Part shown: positions 45,215 through 57,043 of the stretch, piece by piece | Layout: every line of letters begins with the position of its first letter | Position numbering within the stretch: the stretch's first letter is position 1 | Source: Rhynchopus sp. YZ270_cl-10 | Lineage: Eukaryota | Assembly: GCA_964035575.1 (NCBI GenBank) | Contig: OZ037844.1 | Location: forward strand, 1,612,001-1,676,000 | DNA length: 64,000 bases | Direction of reading: 5' to 3' | Translations under genes and position numbers: made by a program | Notes under the pieces: model-generated | Seen by the model: only the letters and a program-made list of their open reading frames with translations | Database searches by the model: none | Told to the model about the DNA's origin: nothing

Positions 45215-47805
45215 TATAAGTTGGGTTCTACTAGGAATTTTTGCTCAATTTTTTTTTCTTTGAACAAATTTTGTGCCAATCTTTCAAGTAAAGCGTTAGA
45301 TTTTTACACTGATAACATGCTTCCCAGCACACATAAGATACTGGTTGTGCGCCCGAATCTGCCCGAAATCGCCCGAATTCGCCCGAAATGTGCCCGAATT
45401 CGCCCGAAATGCGCCCGAATTCGCCCGAATTACGTATAAATTCCCTTTAAAACGCCCGAAATATATTTCGGGCACATTTCGGGCGCTCGGGATCCGCGCC
45501 CGAAAAATCCGCCCGAATTCGCCCGAAATATATTTCGGGCGGTCCAAGTATGGAAAATGCTCAAAAAGCAGGTTTTTTTAGTTTTTTTTTTTTACGATCG
45601 GTCACCCCAAATTTTGGGGAAAAACCACCGATCGGGCGACAAGCATGAGTGGCTGGCATCGTACATGGGTCAGTCGGAGGTGCCTGCATTGATAACTTCA
45701 CTTTTTTTTTTTTTGGCCTTTCCAACATTATTTGATATGCGAAGCATGTGTACGCATACGGTATGAGCGCATGGGATGTGCTCAGCTTAACCGTTTGTGT
45801 TGAAGGCGACTAAGGCACACGAGGCTTAGGCTTGCCACATCAACTGTTCTGTTTTGTTTTTTTCAGTGCGTCCGCCGATGAACCGGCGAGGCGTTTTTTG
45901 CACTTCCAATATTTTCTTTGTTTCTTTGACATTCCTTTTTATCCAAAAGAAAGCTGGGAACATTTTTATTCCCTCCTCATATGCTATCAATTTGATTGCA
46001 TGATATGTTGAAATACTTTGTCTTTGGGATATTTCCATTTTTTTTGTGTCCAAAATAGCACCACACAAATCAACAATCCTGTTGTGTCGTTGTACCGTGC
46101 GTGGACCGTGGTTGTGATTTGTTCTTGGTTACCTTAAAAAATCACCGATTTGGTACTAGATTTGGTACAACACTCATTTCATTTATTTTTGTCGTGACAG
46201 GATAAAGCTACTTTTTTCTTCTTCTTTCTTTTCAAAGGTTGAACGCAGCGAGGCTTGTTTGCCAACTGTGTTGTTATCACCATTCTTTTTGGCAGAATTT
46301 CCGGCATGAAAAAAAAAAAAATGAAGAGTGTGTAAACCAAATCACATCTGTCACATCTTAAGGGTGTGTACGTGAGACGTATTCATCCTTCAATCTTTCC
46401 CCTTTGTTCCCCTACTCACGCCACTATAGCTCTCCACAAATACATCTGGTTCGTTTCTTTTGTCGCTTTCCCCACAAGTTTCCCCTAGGCCTGAGGTGTC
46501 GGCTAATTGAGTGCATTCCCTTTGTGCTCTGTAAGACGCTACCCGTAGGCAGTTAGTTGATTGAGAAAAAAAATGTGTCTGTTCGTGTCCCCGGATCCGA
46601 TTATAGTTCTCTTTTTGACCGGCCCTCCTTGAGGGAAACAGGTCAAAAAATCAGAGTCAAAAAAGGGTGTGACCAGTTCGCCAAACAAAAGGGGGTGAAC
46701 GACGGTGAAGTACATGAATGGTTTGTTTCGGTACTTGTGGTTTCACTGTTGCAAGCCAACGGTGAAACTATAAGGCAAGTCATTTACTTCACCGGAGAAG
46801 GGAGAAGGTGAGGGTTAGCAATGGTTTTGTGACACGTGCATTCACAGAAACCGGCACCCTATTGTTCTTACGATATCCTCCTGTAAAAAGGGTTTTTTAA
46901 TTTGGTTTTGAAAACTTGGTTGTATTAGTGTAGACACCCAAGGATGCGCTCCACACTATTGTCTTTTCTTTGCTTTTTTTTTTGCTCACTCCTTGAGCGC
47001 CACAACGTTCTTCGTTTCTTTCCTTTTCCTTTGCCAACAAACCTTTTTGATAAATTGTTGGAATAAGTGTTAAGTGAGGCCAACCTGTGCTAAGCTTTCA
47101 CTTTCTAAACGAAGAAAAAAAATATAGTTCATTTTTATTTAACAAAGTGCTCTCTGGGGTTCGATAACCCGCGGAGAACCAGTGCCTGTACGTCGATGAA
47201 TGGAGAGGCGTGCGCACTTTCGACTTCTCTTCTCTTCTCTTTTTATTTTTTTTTATTTTTTTTGCACGTCATTACTCATACCGCAGTAAAGCAAAACGTC
47301 CCGCCTAACAAAGGGTGGATCCGAAATCCTGTGGGGTTAAGTTACGTCACTGTCTTCGTTTTCTATTTTTTGCATTTTTTTCCCCCCCCGTTTTTTGATT
47401 TTTGTGAACTCTAAAAAAAGAACTGTTAGGAACATAACCTCCGGTGGCAGGGCTTCCTTCAAGGAAAACCTTGCAGTTTTTGCTGGAACTGAATCCTTGT
47501 GGGCAGCCCTTTGGCAAACACCACTTTACGAATCAATAAAAGCAAGAATTTTTCTTTCTTTTTCTTTTTTGAAAGAGTTACGTTTCTCTTACAACACTCC
47601 CTATGAACTAAAGCACCACAGCAGAAGGGTGTCCAAATTTCACCACAACAAAGGCATGCTGGGGGGGCTTTTTTCCTCTCCATCTCTCCTCTCGCTCCCT
47701 CTTCTCACCCATCCCCACAGGATTGCTTCACACCCATCCACACACCGACACACCGGGCGCCCCGCCCCCTTTCCCCTTCTCTTTCACAAAGGCTTGCCCC
47801 TACCT

Positions 47806-50800
47806 ATGGGTATGTGGTGGTTGGTTGTGTTGCTGTGCTGTGTGGAGGTGTGTTGTGTGCAGCACGCACCAGTGTTCTTGCATGAGAACACACCGAGCAA
47901 GGCAGGTACGATCACGTCGCTGGCAGTGCGTGGGAATTGTATGTACCACGGGAAGACGGACAGGGTGTACCAGCTGTGCTATAACTTTGCCACCTCGCAG
48001 TTCGAGGAGGCCGGATGGAAGGACGTTGCGGACAGCCAGTTCATGTTTGTGACTGTTGACCTGTCGGGCGACTACTTGCACCTTGTGTACTCCAGCAACG
48101 GCGGGCAGCGGTACGGGAAGCTCAGCATCGAGAAGCCCGTCGCCACCTTCACCGGCACCACTGAGGGAATCCCGATGAGCAGATGGATCACCTGTGCACG
48201 AATTCTGCAGAACACAAACAACCCCGACATTGTGTACATGTGTTGTTCCACGAAGCTGCACAGTGTGAACCATGCAGTCAGCCCCAGGCAGTTCACGATC
48301 TTTACCATCACCGGCAACTGCGTCGACATGACGTTCGACGCTGCGAACGATCTTCTCTACGTCGCCACCTCTGCGACTGTGTTCGCCTTTTCCACAGTCG
48401 GGGACCCCGCACCGCACGCCCCGAGGGACCTGGCAGTGGCGAGCATGGTCGGCCTCAGCTACGACGCGACACTGCGCTCCCTCAGGATGCTTGCGGGTGA
48501 CGGCGGTGCTTATGCTGTGCAGGTCTTCAACGACGTGGCCGTCACTGCACAGGCCATTGCAGACAGCAGCAGCGTGCAGCGTATTGTTGCCTTCGAGAAC
48601 GACAACGTCTTCACCTACGAGCAGAGCACCAACGACATGCACATGTACACCGCCACCGCTTCCTCCGTGACAAGCGTCGCCCCAGGCTCTATGTGGGCCA
48701 CAGACAACAAAGGCACCATGAAAGGCCTCGTCGTGTCCGGTCCATGGTACGTCCTCTTCTCCTCCTCGAAGATCTACGTCTACGACGTTGAGCGTGTCAC
48801 AGAAGCGCCACCAACACCGGCACCCGTCTTCCCGCCAACCCCAGCGCCGCCAACACCAGCGCCACCCACACCGTCGCCACCAACACCCGCACCACCGACA
48901 CCAGTACCGTCAACTCCTTCCCCGCCAACACCAGCGCCTGCAACGCCTTCACCACCCACTCCATCACCACCCACACCTTCTCCACCTACACCAGCACCAC
49001 CAACTCCTTCACCGCCGACACCATCGCCACCAACACCTGCACCACCGACACCTTCACCACCCACACCGGCGCCTGCAACGCCTTCACCACCCACACCTTC
49101 TCCACCGACACCAGCACCACCAACTCCCTCCCCACCCACACCTTCACCGCCCACCCCGTCTCCACCCACTCCATCACCACCGACACCGGCACCACTGACA
49201 CCTTCACCGCCAACACCAGCGCCACCCACACCGTCGCCACCAACACCCGCACCACTGACACCAGCACCAGTAACGCCTTCACCGCCCACTCCGTCGCCAC
49301 CTACGCCATCACCACCCACTCCGGCTCCTCCAACACCATCACCACCCACACCAACACCAGCCACACCTTCCCCGCAAACTCCAGCGCCTGCAACTCCTTC
49401 ACCGCCCACACCAACACCGCCAACACCAGCACCTGCAACGCCTTCGCCGCCAACTCCCTCCCCACCCACACCTTCACCGCCCACCCCGTCTCCACCCACT
49501 CCGTCACCACCGACACCGGCACCACTGACACCTTCACCGCCAACACCCGCACCACCGACACCAGCACCAGCCACACCTTCCCCGCCAACACCAGCACCTG
49601 CAACGCCTTCCCCACCGACACCGTCACCGCCAACACCTGCGCCACTAACCCCTGTACCTGCAACGCCGGCACCTCTCACAGCTTCCCCTGGATCGACACT
49701 CGCACCACCGACTGCGTCACCCACAACACTTGTGCCGCTGACACTGTCGCCACCTACACTCGCTCCACGCACAGCCTCTCCCCTGACTAAGGTGCCCGCG
49801 ACTGCTGTCCCACCCCCTACGTTGTCACCACCGACACTCTCGCCAGTGACGTTTGTGCCGGTAGTGTTGACGGTGCCGCCCACAGCGGTGCCCACGACGA
49901 GTGCACCCACGCAGACGCCTGCTGGCGCATCACCTGCGCCGCAGACGGTTGGTGCGGGTTCAGTGCCACCAGTGTTGTCGACAGTCTTTCCTTCATCCTC
50001 GGCACCTGTGTCCGATACTGCGTCCACATCACCAACGGCAAGTGGCAGCGCGGTCAGTGGTGGTGCAGGCACCGGTACAGGAAGTAGTGGCAGTGGCAAC
50101 GGCAATGGCGACAGTGGCGGCAGTGGCGGCAATGGCGGCAATGACAATGGCAGTGGCAGTGGGAAGCTCGACTACGTACGTGCACACCACAGTGAGGACG
50201 TCGTGGAGAAAATGAACAAGGCGACTGTGACGGGCGAAACAGTCGCAGGAGTGTCCAGTGCAGCGTCTGTTGTGTTTGGGTCCTCTGCCGGGTCAGCCCT
50301 TCGTCTTACTGTGGTGGGGCAGCTGTGCAAGCTTGGCCAGCCGATGGAGGAAAGGACGTACCCACTGCTGCTGCACCCGACACAGTGGGTGCTGTTTGGG
50401 TCGCAAGCAGCTGGGGTTGTGGTGGGGAACTTCCTCATCACTATCTCGTTCTGGCTTCTGATGTGCATTGTTGTGCAAGTCGTGTCTTGTTTGCCTATGT
50501 TCAAAGCGCTTGATGCTGTGGGTCTGTGCAGGTTCCCTTCGTCACCGCTGTTTGTGTTCCAGTTTCTTTTGCAGGGAACGGCACTTGGTGCGATGGCACT
50601 TGTGTTCTACCCACCGTCAACACCACTCTTCCTGCTGGGCGCTGCGAGTCTTATGTTCTGCTGCGTTGTGCCGTTCTACGTGCTGTACTCTGTGTGCAAC
50701 GGCGTTCCCCGGAAGGCGTACTACCTGCACGACGTGGACGTGGACAGGAAGACGTGGCTGAGTGCACTGATCGGGCCTGGTGAGTGGGTGAGCAGGTTTG

Positions 50801-51612
50801 AGACGAACATGTGGTCGTACCGCTACGCAGCGGTGGTGCGTCCGTACCGACAGGAGTGGGCGTGCTACTCGTTTGTGGAGATGGCGGCAAGTCTGACTGT
50901 GGCAGCTGTGGACAGCACGACTGCACACAGCCTTGTTGCCTGTGGACACCAGAAGACGGGGAGTGCTGTGGTCTTCATTGTGCTTCTCGTTGCGGAGATA
51001 TACGCGTGGCCACATGCACGTGCACGTGACGGGTACATGTTCCCCACTATCCAACTTGTTCAGGCGTCTGCACTGCTGCTTATGGCTGTAGGGTACTACG
51101 TTGAGAACACAGACTACTGGACGTTTGGTACTGCGGCTGAGCTGTTTATGGTGTGCGCTGCGATCTTCGGTGTGAAGGTTGTGCTGGACCTGGGTACGGA
51201 GGTGTACCTCTACTGCAAGGGGCGGCGCACGACGCTGCAGGAATACGCATATGCCGAGAGCGCGAAGACGCTGCTCGAGTGCGACACAGAGAGTGTGCTC
51301 GACCGCGAGAGCCTCTCCGTCTCGAGCCACGGAAGCCTCTTCAAGGACACACGCCACAACAGCACCCTTGCGCCCGCCACCCCTTCGCAGTACTCGGTCC
51401 TTTCCAGCACGGGCTCGGGCTCCTCCTTCGCCACGTACAGCTACTTCCCACCCCTCGACGGCTCCCCGCGTAGCATGGCACGTGGCTCCATCCTCAAGAC
51501 ACACAGCAACCTCTCCAGCGTGCCGTCCTCCTCATGGGGTGGGGGTGGCCCTTCCTGTGTCCTCCCCGAAGGGCGCAGAAGGCAAACCAGTATGGTCAAG
51601 ACCATCTCGTAA
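47806..51612 (+). CDS. Stalked multi-pass surface protein D (bodonin/DGF-1-like)
   Basis: Probable start [10 protein letters not shown] at 47806; PTPSP stalk and a Gly/Asn/Ser patch; [46 protein letters not shown]. Confidence 0.85.
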   Translation: MGMWWLVVLLCCVEVCCVQHAPVFLHENTPSKAGTITSLAVRGNCMYHGKTDRVYQLCYNFATSQFEEAGWKDVADSQFMFVTVDLSGDYLHLVYSSNGGQRYGKLSIEKPVATFTGTTEGIPMSRWITCARILQNTNNPDIVYMCCSTKLHSVNHAVSPRQFTIFTITGNCVDMTFDAANDLLYVATSATVFAFSTVGDPAPHAPRDLAVASMVGLSYDATLRSLRMLAGDGGAYAVQVFNDVAVTAQAIADSSSVQRIVAFENDNVFTYEQSTNDMHMYTATASSVTSVAPGSMWATDNKGTMKGLVVSGPWYVLFSSSKIYVYDVERVTEAPPTPAPVFPPTPAPPTPAPPTPSPPTPAPPTPVPSTPSPPTPAPATPSPPTPSPPTPSPPTPAPPTPSPPTPSPPTPAPPTPSPPTPAPATPSPPTPSPPTPAPPTPSPPTPSPPTPSPPTPSPPTPAPLTPSPPTPAPPTPSPPTPAPLTPAPVTPSPPTPSPPTPSPPTPAPPTPSPPTPTPATPSPQTPAPATPSPPTPTPPTPAPATPSPPTPSPPTPSPPTPSPPTPSPPTPAPLTPSPPTPAPPTPAPATPSPPTPAPATPSPPTPSPPTPAPLTPVPATPAPLTASPGSTLAPPTASPTTLVPLTLSPPTLAPRTASPLTKVPATAVPPPTLSPPTLSPVTFVPVVLTVPPTAVPTTSAPTQTPAGASPAPQTVGAGSVPPVLSTVFPSSSAPVSDTASTSPTASGSAVSGGAGTGTGSSGSGNGNGDSGGSGGNGGNDNGSGSGKLDYVRAHHSEDVVEKMNKATVTGETVAGVSSAASVVFGSSAGSALRLTVVGQLCKLGQPMEERTYPLLLHPTQWVLFGSQAAGVVVGNFLITISFWLLMCIVVQVVSCLPMFKALDAVGLCRFPSSPLFVFQFLLQGTALGAMALVFYPPSTPLFLLGAASLMFCCVVPFYVLYSVCNGVPRKAYYLHDVDVDRKTWLSALIGPGEWVSRFETNMWSYRYAAVVRPYRQEWACYSFVEMAASLTVAAVDSTTAHSLVACGHQKTGSAVVFIVLLVAEIYAWPHARARDGYMFPTIQLVQASALLLMAVGYYVENTDYWTFGTAAELFMVCAAIFGVKVVLDLGTEVYLYCKGRRTTLQEYAYAESAKTLLECDTESVLDRESLSVSSHGSLFKDTRHNSTLAPATPSQYSVLSSTGSGSSFATYSYFPPLDGSPRSMARGSILKTHSNLSSVPSSSWGGGGPSCVLPEGRRRQTSMVKTIS
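48805..49660 (+). repeat. Coding 15-bp repeat, (PTP[S/A]P)n stalk
   Basis: Degenerate pentapeptide repeat in the translation. Confidence 0.9.
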
Positions 51613-53772
51613 GAAGGGTGGTGGGTCTATTGATGGACAATACAAAAGTCCCCTTGCATTTTGCGTATACGATTTTTTGTTCTTTTTTTTTTGGTGCTTG
51701 GGCAGAGGCCAAGGATCAATATTCTTACCAACTTTTCTCTTTTTTCTCTCTTTTGCTTTTACCTTCTATTCAGTAGAATAGAAAGCATATGAAATACTAA
51801 GTCTTTTTTGCTTTAGTATGTTTTCGTTGTCAGGAGCCTTCAAAGTTTCCAGTTTCTTCAAAAAATTTTGTTCTTTGCAGCGAAACCATACAGGATGGTT
51901 CCGGCCATCTACACTAGTTATTTTTTTTTTTCTTTCTTTTTTTACTGTATTTTTTTGGTTTTATTTATTCTGATCTTTTTTCCCTCTTTTGCTGCAGTCC
52001 TGAAGCTGGGAAAGCCCAACAAGGGACAAGCAGTTTTAGTACTTGAGAAGACCTACGTACCAGAGCTGAAGGTTTTCTAATCTGTATTTTGCTACACACC
52101 ATGTTTTTTTTTTTTTTTTTTTTGGTGTGTAGTTCTTTTGAACAACATGATTGAAACTTCCTTCTGTTGTTGGACGCAGGGTACTTTGCGCTTTCATCCG
52201 GATGGCTGGCCTGGCACATGGTCAGTCGGAGGTGCCTGCATCAATAACTACCGTTTTGGTTTTTTTTTTTTGAAACCCCCCCCGGAATATCACTTTTGTG
52301 GAAGAAAATGGGCTTCACGGGGGGGGTATTGTGAGTGACATTTGTATTTTGCTGAAGGTGTTGTAAAGACAGCTGTAAGAGATTTGGTCCATTTTAAAGG
52401 TGAGTGTGTGAAAACTAAAGGGGTAATTCTTGCGCAGAATGCCCCAAAGGAAGGTGTGTATGTGTACATAGGGCACATTCATCTTTGAAGTTCGTTAGTT
52501 TTTTTTTTCTTTTTCTTTTTTCAAATATTTGTGTGTGTGTGTGCACTACTGTTTGCTTTGTGTCGCTCACAACACAACGCAAATGGAGCTTTTTTTTTTT
52601 GTTTTTGTGCGTACCATTCACAGCACCTCAGAGGTGGTGTGCTGCAAGTTGTCAACTCCTGTCTTTTTTTAGATGCTGTGCAGAGGCACAGCATCTTTCA
52701 AGTTTTCTTTTCTTTTTTTTTTCCTCCTGTTTTTTTCTGCGCCCACAGAGGCGTTTTGATGTATTGTATTTGTGTCAAATTTATTTTTCTATTTTTCTTC
52801 TCTGTTGCTAAGGTGGCTCCTATCGCTAGGCTAGGATCACATCTTGTCAAATATTCTCCTTCCGTTCGTTTTTAATTAATAGGCTGCGGCGTAGCGCGAA
52901 GCAGTCGCGCACAAGTTGTGTTGTGTTTGCTTGAGGGATGAAAAGCAAAATCATTTCCAAAAAAAAAAAAAGAACGGCAGTGTTGTGACCAATGGGTAAA
53001 GGAGAAGGGCTGAGGAAAAGGAGAAAGAAAATGTGTGTCCCTGCGACGCACCACTTTCATGTTTCTTTCGCACTTTTTTTCTTATCCCTGTGCATTCCTG
53101 TAGTGGTGGGCGTGTCCACAAGGTGGAGTTCCAGGAGCGTGTTTCCCCATATCCACAGCACACCCCGTTTGTTTTTTAAAGGTGACTAAGCACGAGAGGC
53201 TTAGGGTCATCTTATAAACTTTTCCTTTTTTTTTTCTTCTCCTTCCTTTCTCTCAATAGCAATTACCGTAATTGTAATTCGATCTTTTTTTAGGATTTTT
53301 CTGGAAGTTTTGACCTTTGCTAAACTTTACGGTCGAACATTTGTACGATTACGGCACTTGCCTTTCTCTTTGAATCTCCTTCCTCCTTTTTGCCACCTTT
53401 TTGAAAAGAAATTCTTGGATGGTTCCTGACCTACCTGCATTTCGTGGCACGTTCGGTGCTTTTTGGGGTAGCATCACAAACACAACAGAGCAGACGATGC
53501 AGTGTTCTATGTGTACCTATAGAAGATATATCACAAACGGTCGTAGTGGTGATACCCCACAGCACTCTTTTTGTTTGGCAACCCATGACACATATTCGAT
53601 TTACCCACTGTTCTTCCTCAAAAGCGTTCCCTTGTATTTACACTGTCGCTGCGCCCGCCGATGAACGGTGAGGCGTTTGCACGTTCAACATCTTTGATGT
53701 GCGTCTTTTTTTTTTCTGCGATACCGATGGTGCAACACTAACAAATTAAAAAACATAAACCCATTTTAAACC

Positions 53773-54111
53773 TAGGCTGATTGACGTCGGGCTGGTTTGC
53801 CCATTTTGTCACTTTTTACCACCGATTTAAACGGATCACCACCGATCGCGATCGATCACCGTCGATCAGCACCGATCACCACCGACCACCACCGCTCACC
53901 CACCGATTGCACCGACCACATCGATTTACGCACCGATCACCACCGATCAGTACCGATCACCGTCGATCACCATCGATCACCACCGACCACCCACCGATCA
54001 CCATCGATCACTACCGATCACTACCGATCACCGTCGATCACCACCGATCACCACCGATCACCACCGATCACCACCGATCACCACCGGCCAAGCCCGGCGT
54101 CAATCAGCCTA
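53773..54111. mobile_element. MITE with TAG...CTA ends and 6-bp TSD, filled with ACCGATCACC repeats
   Basis: TIR TAGGCTGATTGACGTCGGGCT / AGCCCGGCGTCAATCAGCCTA; TSD TAAACC (53767-53772, 54112-54117). Confidence 0.88.
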
Positions 54112-55351
54112 TAAACCTCTCTCCGATTTTTTGCCTTCTGCTTTCTCTCCTGGATTGACAAAATGTTATGAAAAAAATGCACACATTTGAAAATCGTGGA
54201 TGGTGAAGAACACAACATTCATCTTGCGAATACGTTTTCCTTGCATATCCCCCTGTGTACGAGGAACCTCGCTCCCGGCAAAGGAGCGTGAAAACTCTCG
54301 ATAACGCTAGGAAAAGAAGTGTATGCAGCAACGAGGCATCTTTTTGTTGTTGTTGTTGTTGTTGTTTTTTCCTGTCTTTCTTTCCCTCCGTACTACACTG
54401 AAATCGTCGTTTTATATTATCACTAAAGGTGCTACTACTTTTTTTCTCTTTTCTGGTGCTTTCGGAAGTCGGTCAACGACCTGTCAGCGACGTGTCAATA
54501 TCAGGGGGATGTGTGTATAGAGTCCCTGTGTCAGCGACCTGTCAATATCGACCCCCTCCAGGAGCACCATTTTCCCTTTTCACATTTTTTTTTATTTTTG
54601 CAATAAAAATATTGGATGAATCTTTCGTATAGAACATCCTTTTTGTACTTTCTCTTTTGCGAAGTATACAGCTCTTTTCTCATCTGACATCCTCCACTAT
54701 TCAAAACCAATATCTAGACGTGAGCACGTACGTCATCCGGGGCCAGTGAAAATGGTCAAGGACAGCCAATGTGTTACCACTCATTCTCTGCATTCAGAGA
54801 GGCACATCCAGTTTTTTCAAGTTTTATCGTTTTTTTTCTTGCCGTAATCGGAATAATGTTCGGTCAAAAAGGTCGAACTTCCAAAATAAAAAAAAATCCT
54901 GAAAAGGTCGACCTTCACTACGGTCGACAATTTTTTCGATTACGGAAATCATTTTCTATAGTCTACAAGGCTGGTGGGGCAGCTTTGCTAAAGGTGGTGC
55001 CTGACGCCTTGGTTTTTTTTTTTTTCCAAACACGTAGTGTGCTGCGTTCAACGAAAAACACTGTTATATTTTTATTGTTATCAAGATCAGTTGGCGGATG
55101 ATATCGTCTAGTTTTTTTTTTGCATGAGCTCGACTGAGATGCGTTTTAGCACGTTTCAACTACTCTTTTTTTATGTTTCAACTTTGTCAAGAAAAAGTAT
55201 TTAGTTATGGGTAATACCTGAACGAAATATTTTATTTGAAGATTCTGGTGTGGTCGAACCCCAAAAAAAAATGTACACTTTTGTGTACTTCGAGAGAAGC
55301 AACATATAGCTGGTTCACACCAAATCGCCTAAAGTTTTATTATCCCATTTT

Positions 55352-56207
55352 TGGTGTGGCTGAAGGGGGGTGCTATTTTCTGCTATTTTCTGCTACTTTC
55401 TGCTATTTTCTGCTATTTTGGGGGTCTGGATTTTTTATATTTTTTGGCCGTGGTTTGGGCCTTTGCTAAAGGGAAGGGAAATGAGGGACTCCTGACCCCA
55501 GCCAGTCCCCAAAACACCTACCAAAGATGCAGGACAACGTTTTTTTCGAGCAAAAAAGCGTAAAAATTAAGAGCAATTTTAGCAAAAAAATGTATTTTGT
55601 CCCGATATAGACCAGGTGCTGTACTGTGTACTGTGTACTGTGTACTGTGTACTGTGTACTGTGTACTGTGTACTGTGTACTGTGTACTGTGTACTGTGTA
55701 CTGTGTACTGTGTACTGTGTACTGTGTACTGTGTACTGTGTACTGTGTACTGTGTACTGTGTACTGTGTACTGTGTACTGTGTACTGTGTACTGTGTACT
55801 GTGTACTGTGTACTGTGTACTGTGTACTGTGTACTGTGTACTGTGTACTGTGTACTGTGTACTGTGTACTGTGTACTGTGTACTGTGTACTGTGTACTGT
55901 GTACTGTGTACTGTGTACTGTGTACTGTGTACTGTGTACTGTGTACTGTGTACTGTGTACTGTGTACTGTGTACTGTGTACTGTGTACTGTGTACTGTGT
56001 ACTGTGTACTGTGTACCTTATGATCCGTTTGTGGAGTGGGAGGGGGTTTCCGGTTTGCGGGCTGGCCAAGTTTCCTTCCCTCGTCCATCATGAGCCACAC
56101 CACCACCCAGCAACCAAACCCAAAAAAAACCCCCCAAAGTGCTATTTTCTGCTATTTTCTGCGATTTTCTGCTATTTTCTGCTATTTTGGGGTCGTCAGC
56201 CACACCA
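55352..56207. mobile_element. MITE with TGGTG...CACCA ends and 5-bp TSD, carrying a heptamer satellite
   Basis: TIR TGGTGTGGCTGA / TCAGCCACACCA; TSD ATTTT (55347-55351, 56208-56212); subterminal TGCTATTTTC repeats. Confidence 0.75.
55620..56016. repeat. Perfect (TGTACTG)n heptamer array, about 56 units
   Basis: Uninterrupted tandem repeat; a three-unit version lies at about 8498-8517. Confidence 0.95.
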
Positions 56208-57043
56208 ATTTTTTTTTTTTTGTTATCAAAACGTTTTTTTTCTCTCTTTTTAGACCTCCCCCTCTTTTTTTGTTTCACACAAAAAGCTTTTTCTTCGTAA
56301 GACTCATGAAGAAAACAGAAGCAAAAAAAAATAGGATCCAGTTTAGTGGAGCTCATCCTCGGGTGTCTACACTCATACCATTGCTTTACCTTTACATTTT
56401 TACTTCTCTTCTTTTCGGCGTTTGTGTAGTGGCATTTAGCCTCACGAAAAACAAACTCGTATGTTGTGACATACTATGGTACGATGCCTATATGCTTACG
56501 TTTATCCTTTTTACTTTTGCCTACAGCCCTATTGAAAAGGCTCCCATGTAGGCGTTTTCATGAAACAGGGGACAAGGGCCAAACCCACTACCCTTTTTTT
56601 CTATAAGCTTTTGCGCTATGCATTTACAAAACAAAATGCACAGAAAAAATATATATCAAAAAAACAAATACCCCACCCCCCACCCCCCCAACTCGAGACC
56701 CCCGGTGTACATTCCCACCGGTACGGCACCGCTCCGCAAGCACTGCTCAAGGACGGTGACGTGGGTGCCCCTGACACAGTCAGGCGCCGGTTTTTTATTA
56801 CGGAATAACACAGCCCCCAACGATATATACATATAAAAAGCGGTATAAACATATACAAAAGAAAAAAAGATAAAGATAAAGATACTACTTACATTTATTG
56901 GCCAATAAAGTAAAATAGTTAACAAGGGAAAATAAAAGGTGGATTTTTAAACCACATACCAAATAAGAATAACAACAAAAAAACAAGCAAACAAAGAACC
57001 TTTTTAAAAAAAAGAAAAATAAAACAAGTTTGATGAAAATTAG

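Larger units (their letters stand above)
43240..45552. mobile_element. Nested TIR element with 6-bp TSD
   Basis: Perfect 32-bp TIR CATACTTGGACCGCCCGAAATATATTTCGGGC; TSD GAAAAT (43234-43239, 45553-45558); empty site visible at about 28238; GCCCGAA subterminal repeats. Confidence 0.9.
40500..45647. mobile_element. hAT-like element (same family as 27493-28332) carrying nested insertions
   Basis: CATGCTT...AAGCATG ends; 8-bp TSD AGTGGCTG (40492-40499, 45648-45655); body at about 42514-43239 and 45553-45647. Confidence 0.88.

Noticed and set aside
43400..45232. An extra nested element bounded by GGGTTCTACT direct repeats
   Set aside because: No terminal inverted repeats or second copy to define it.
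47395..47805. Long N-terminal extensions given by the ORF track (also 18894-18944, 33402-33614)
   Set aside because: Non-ATG or low-complexity upstream frames; signal peptides begin at the downstream ATGs.
55518..56253. TVHSTQY / CTVYCVL repeat ORFs
   Set aside because: Translations of a stop-free heptamer satellite.
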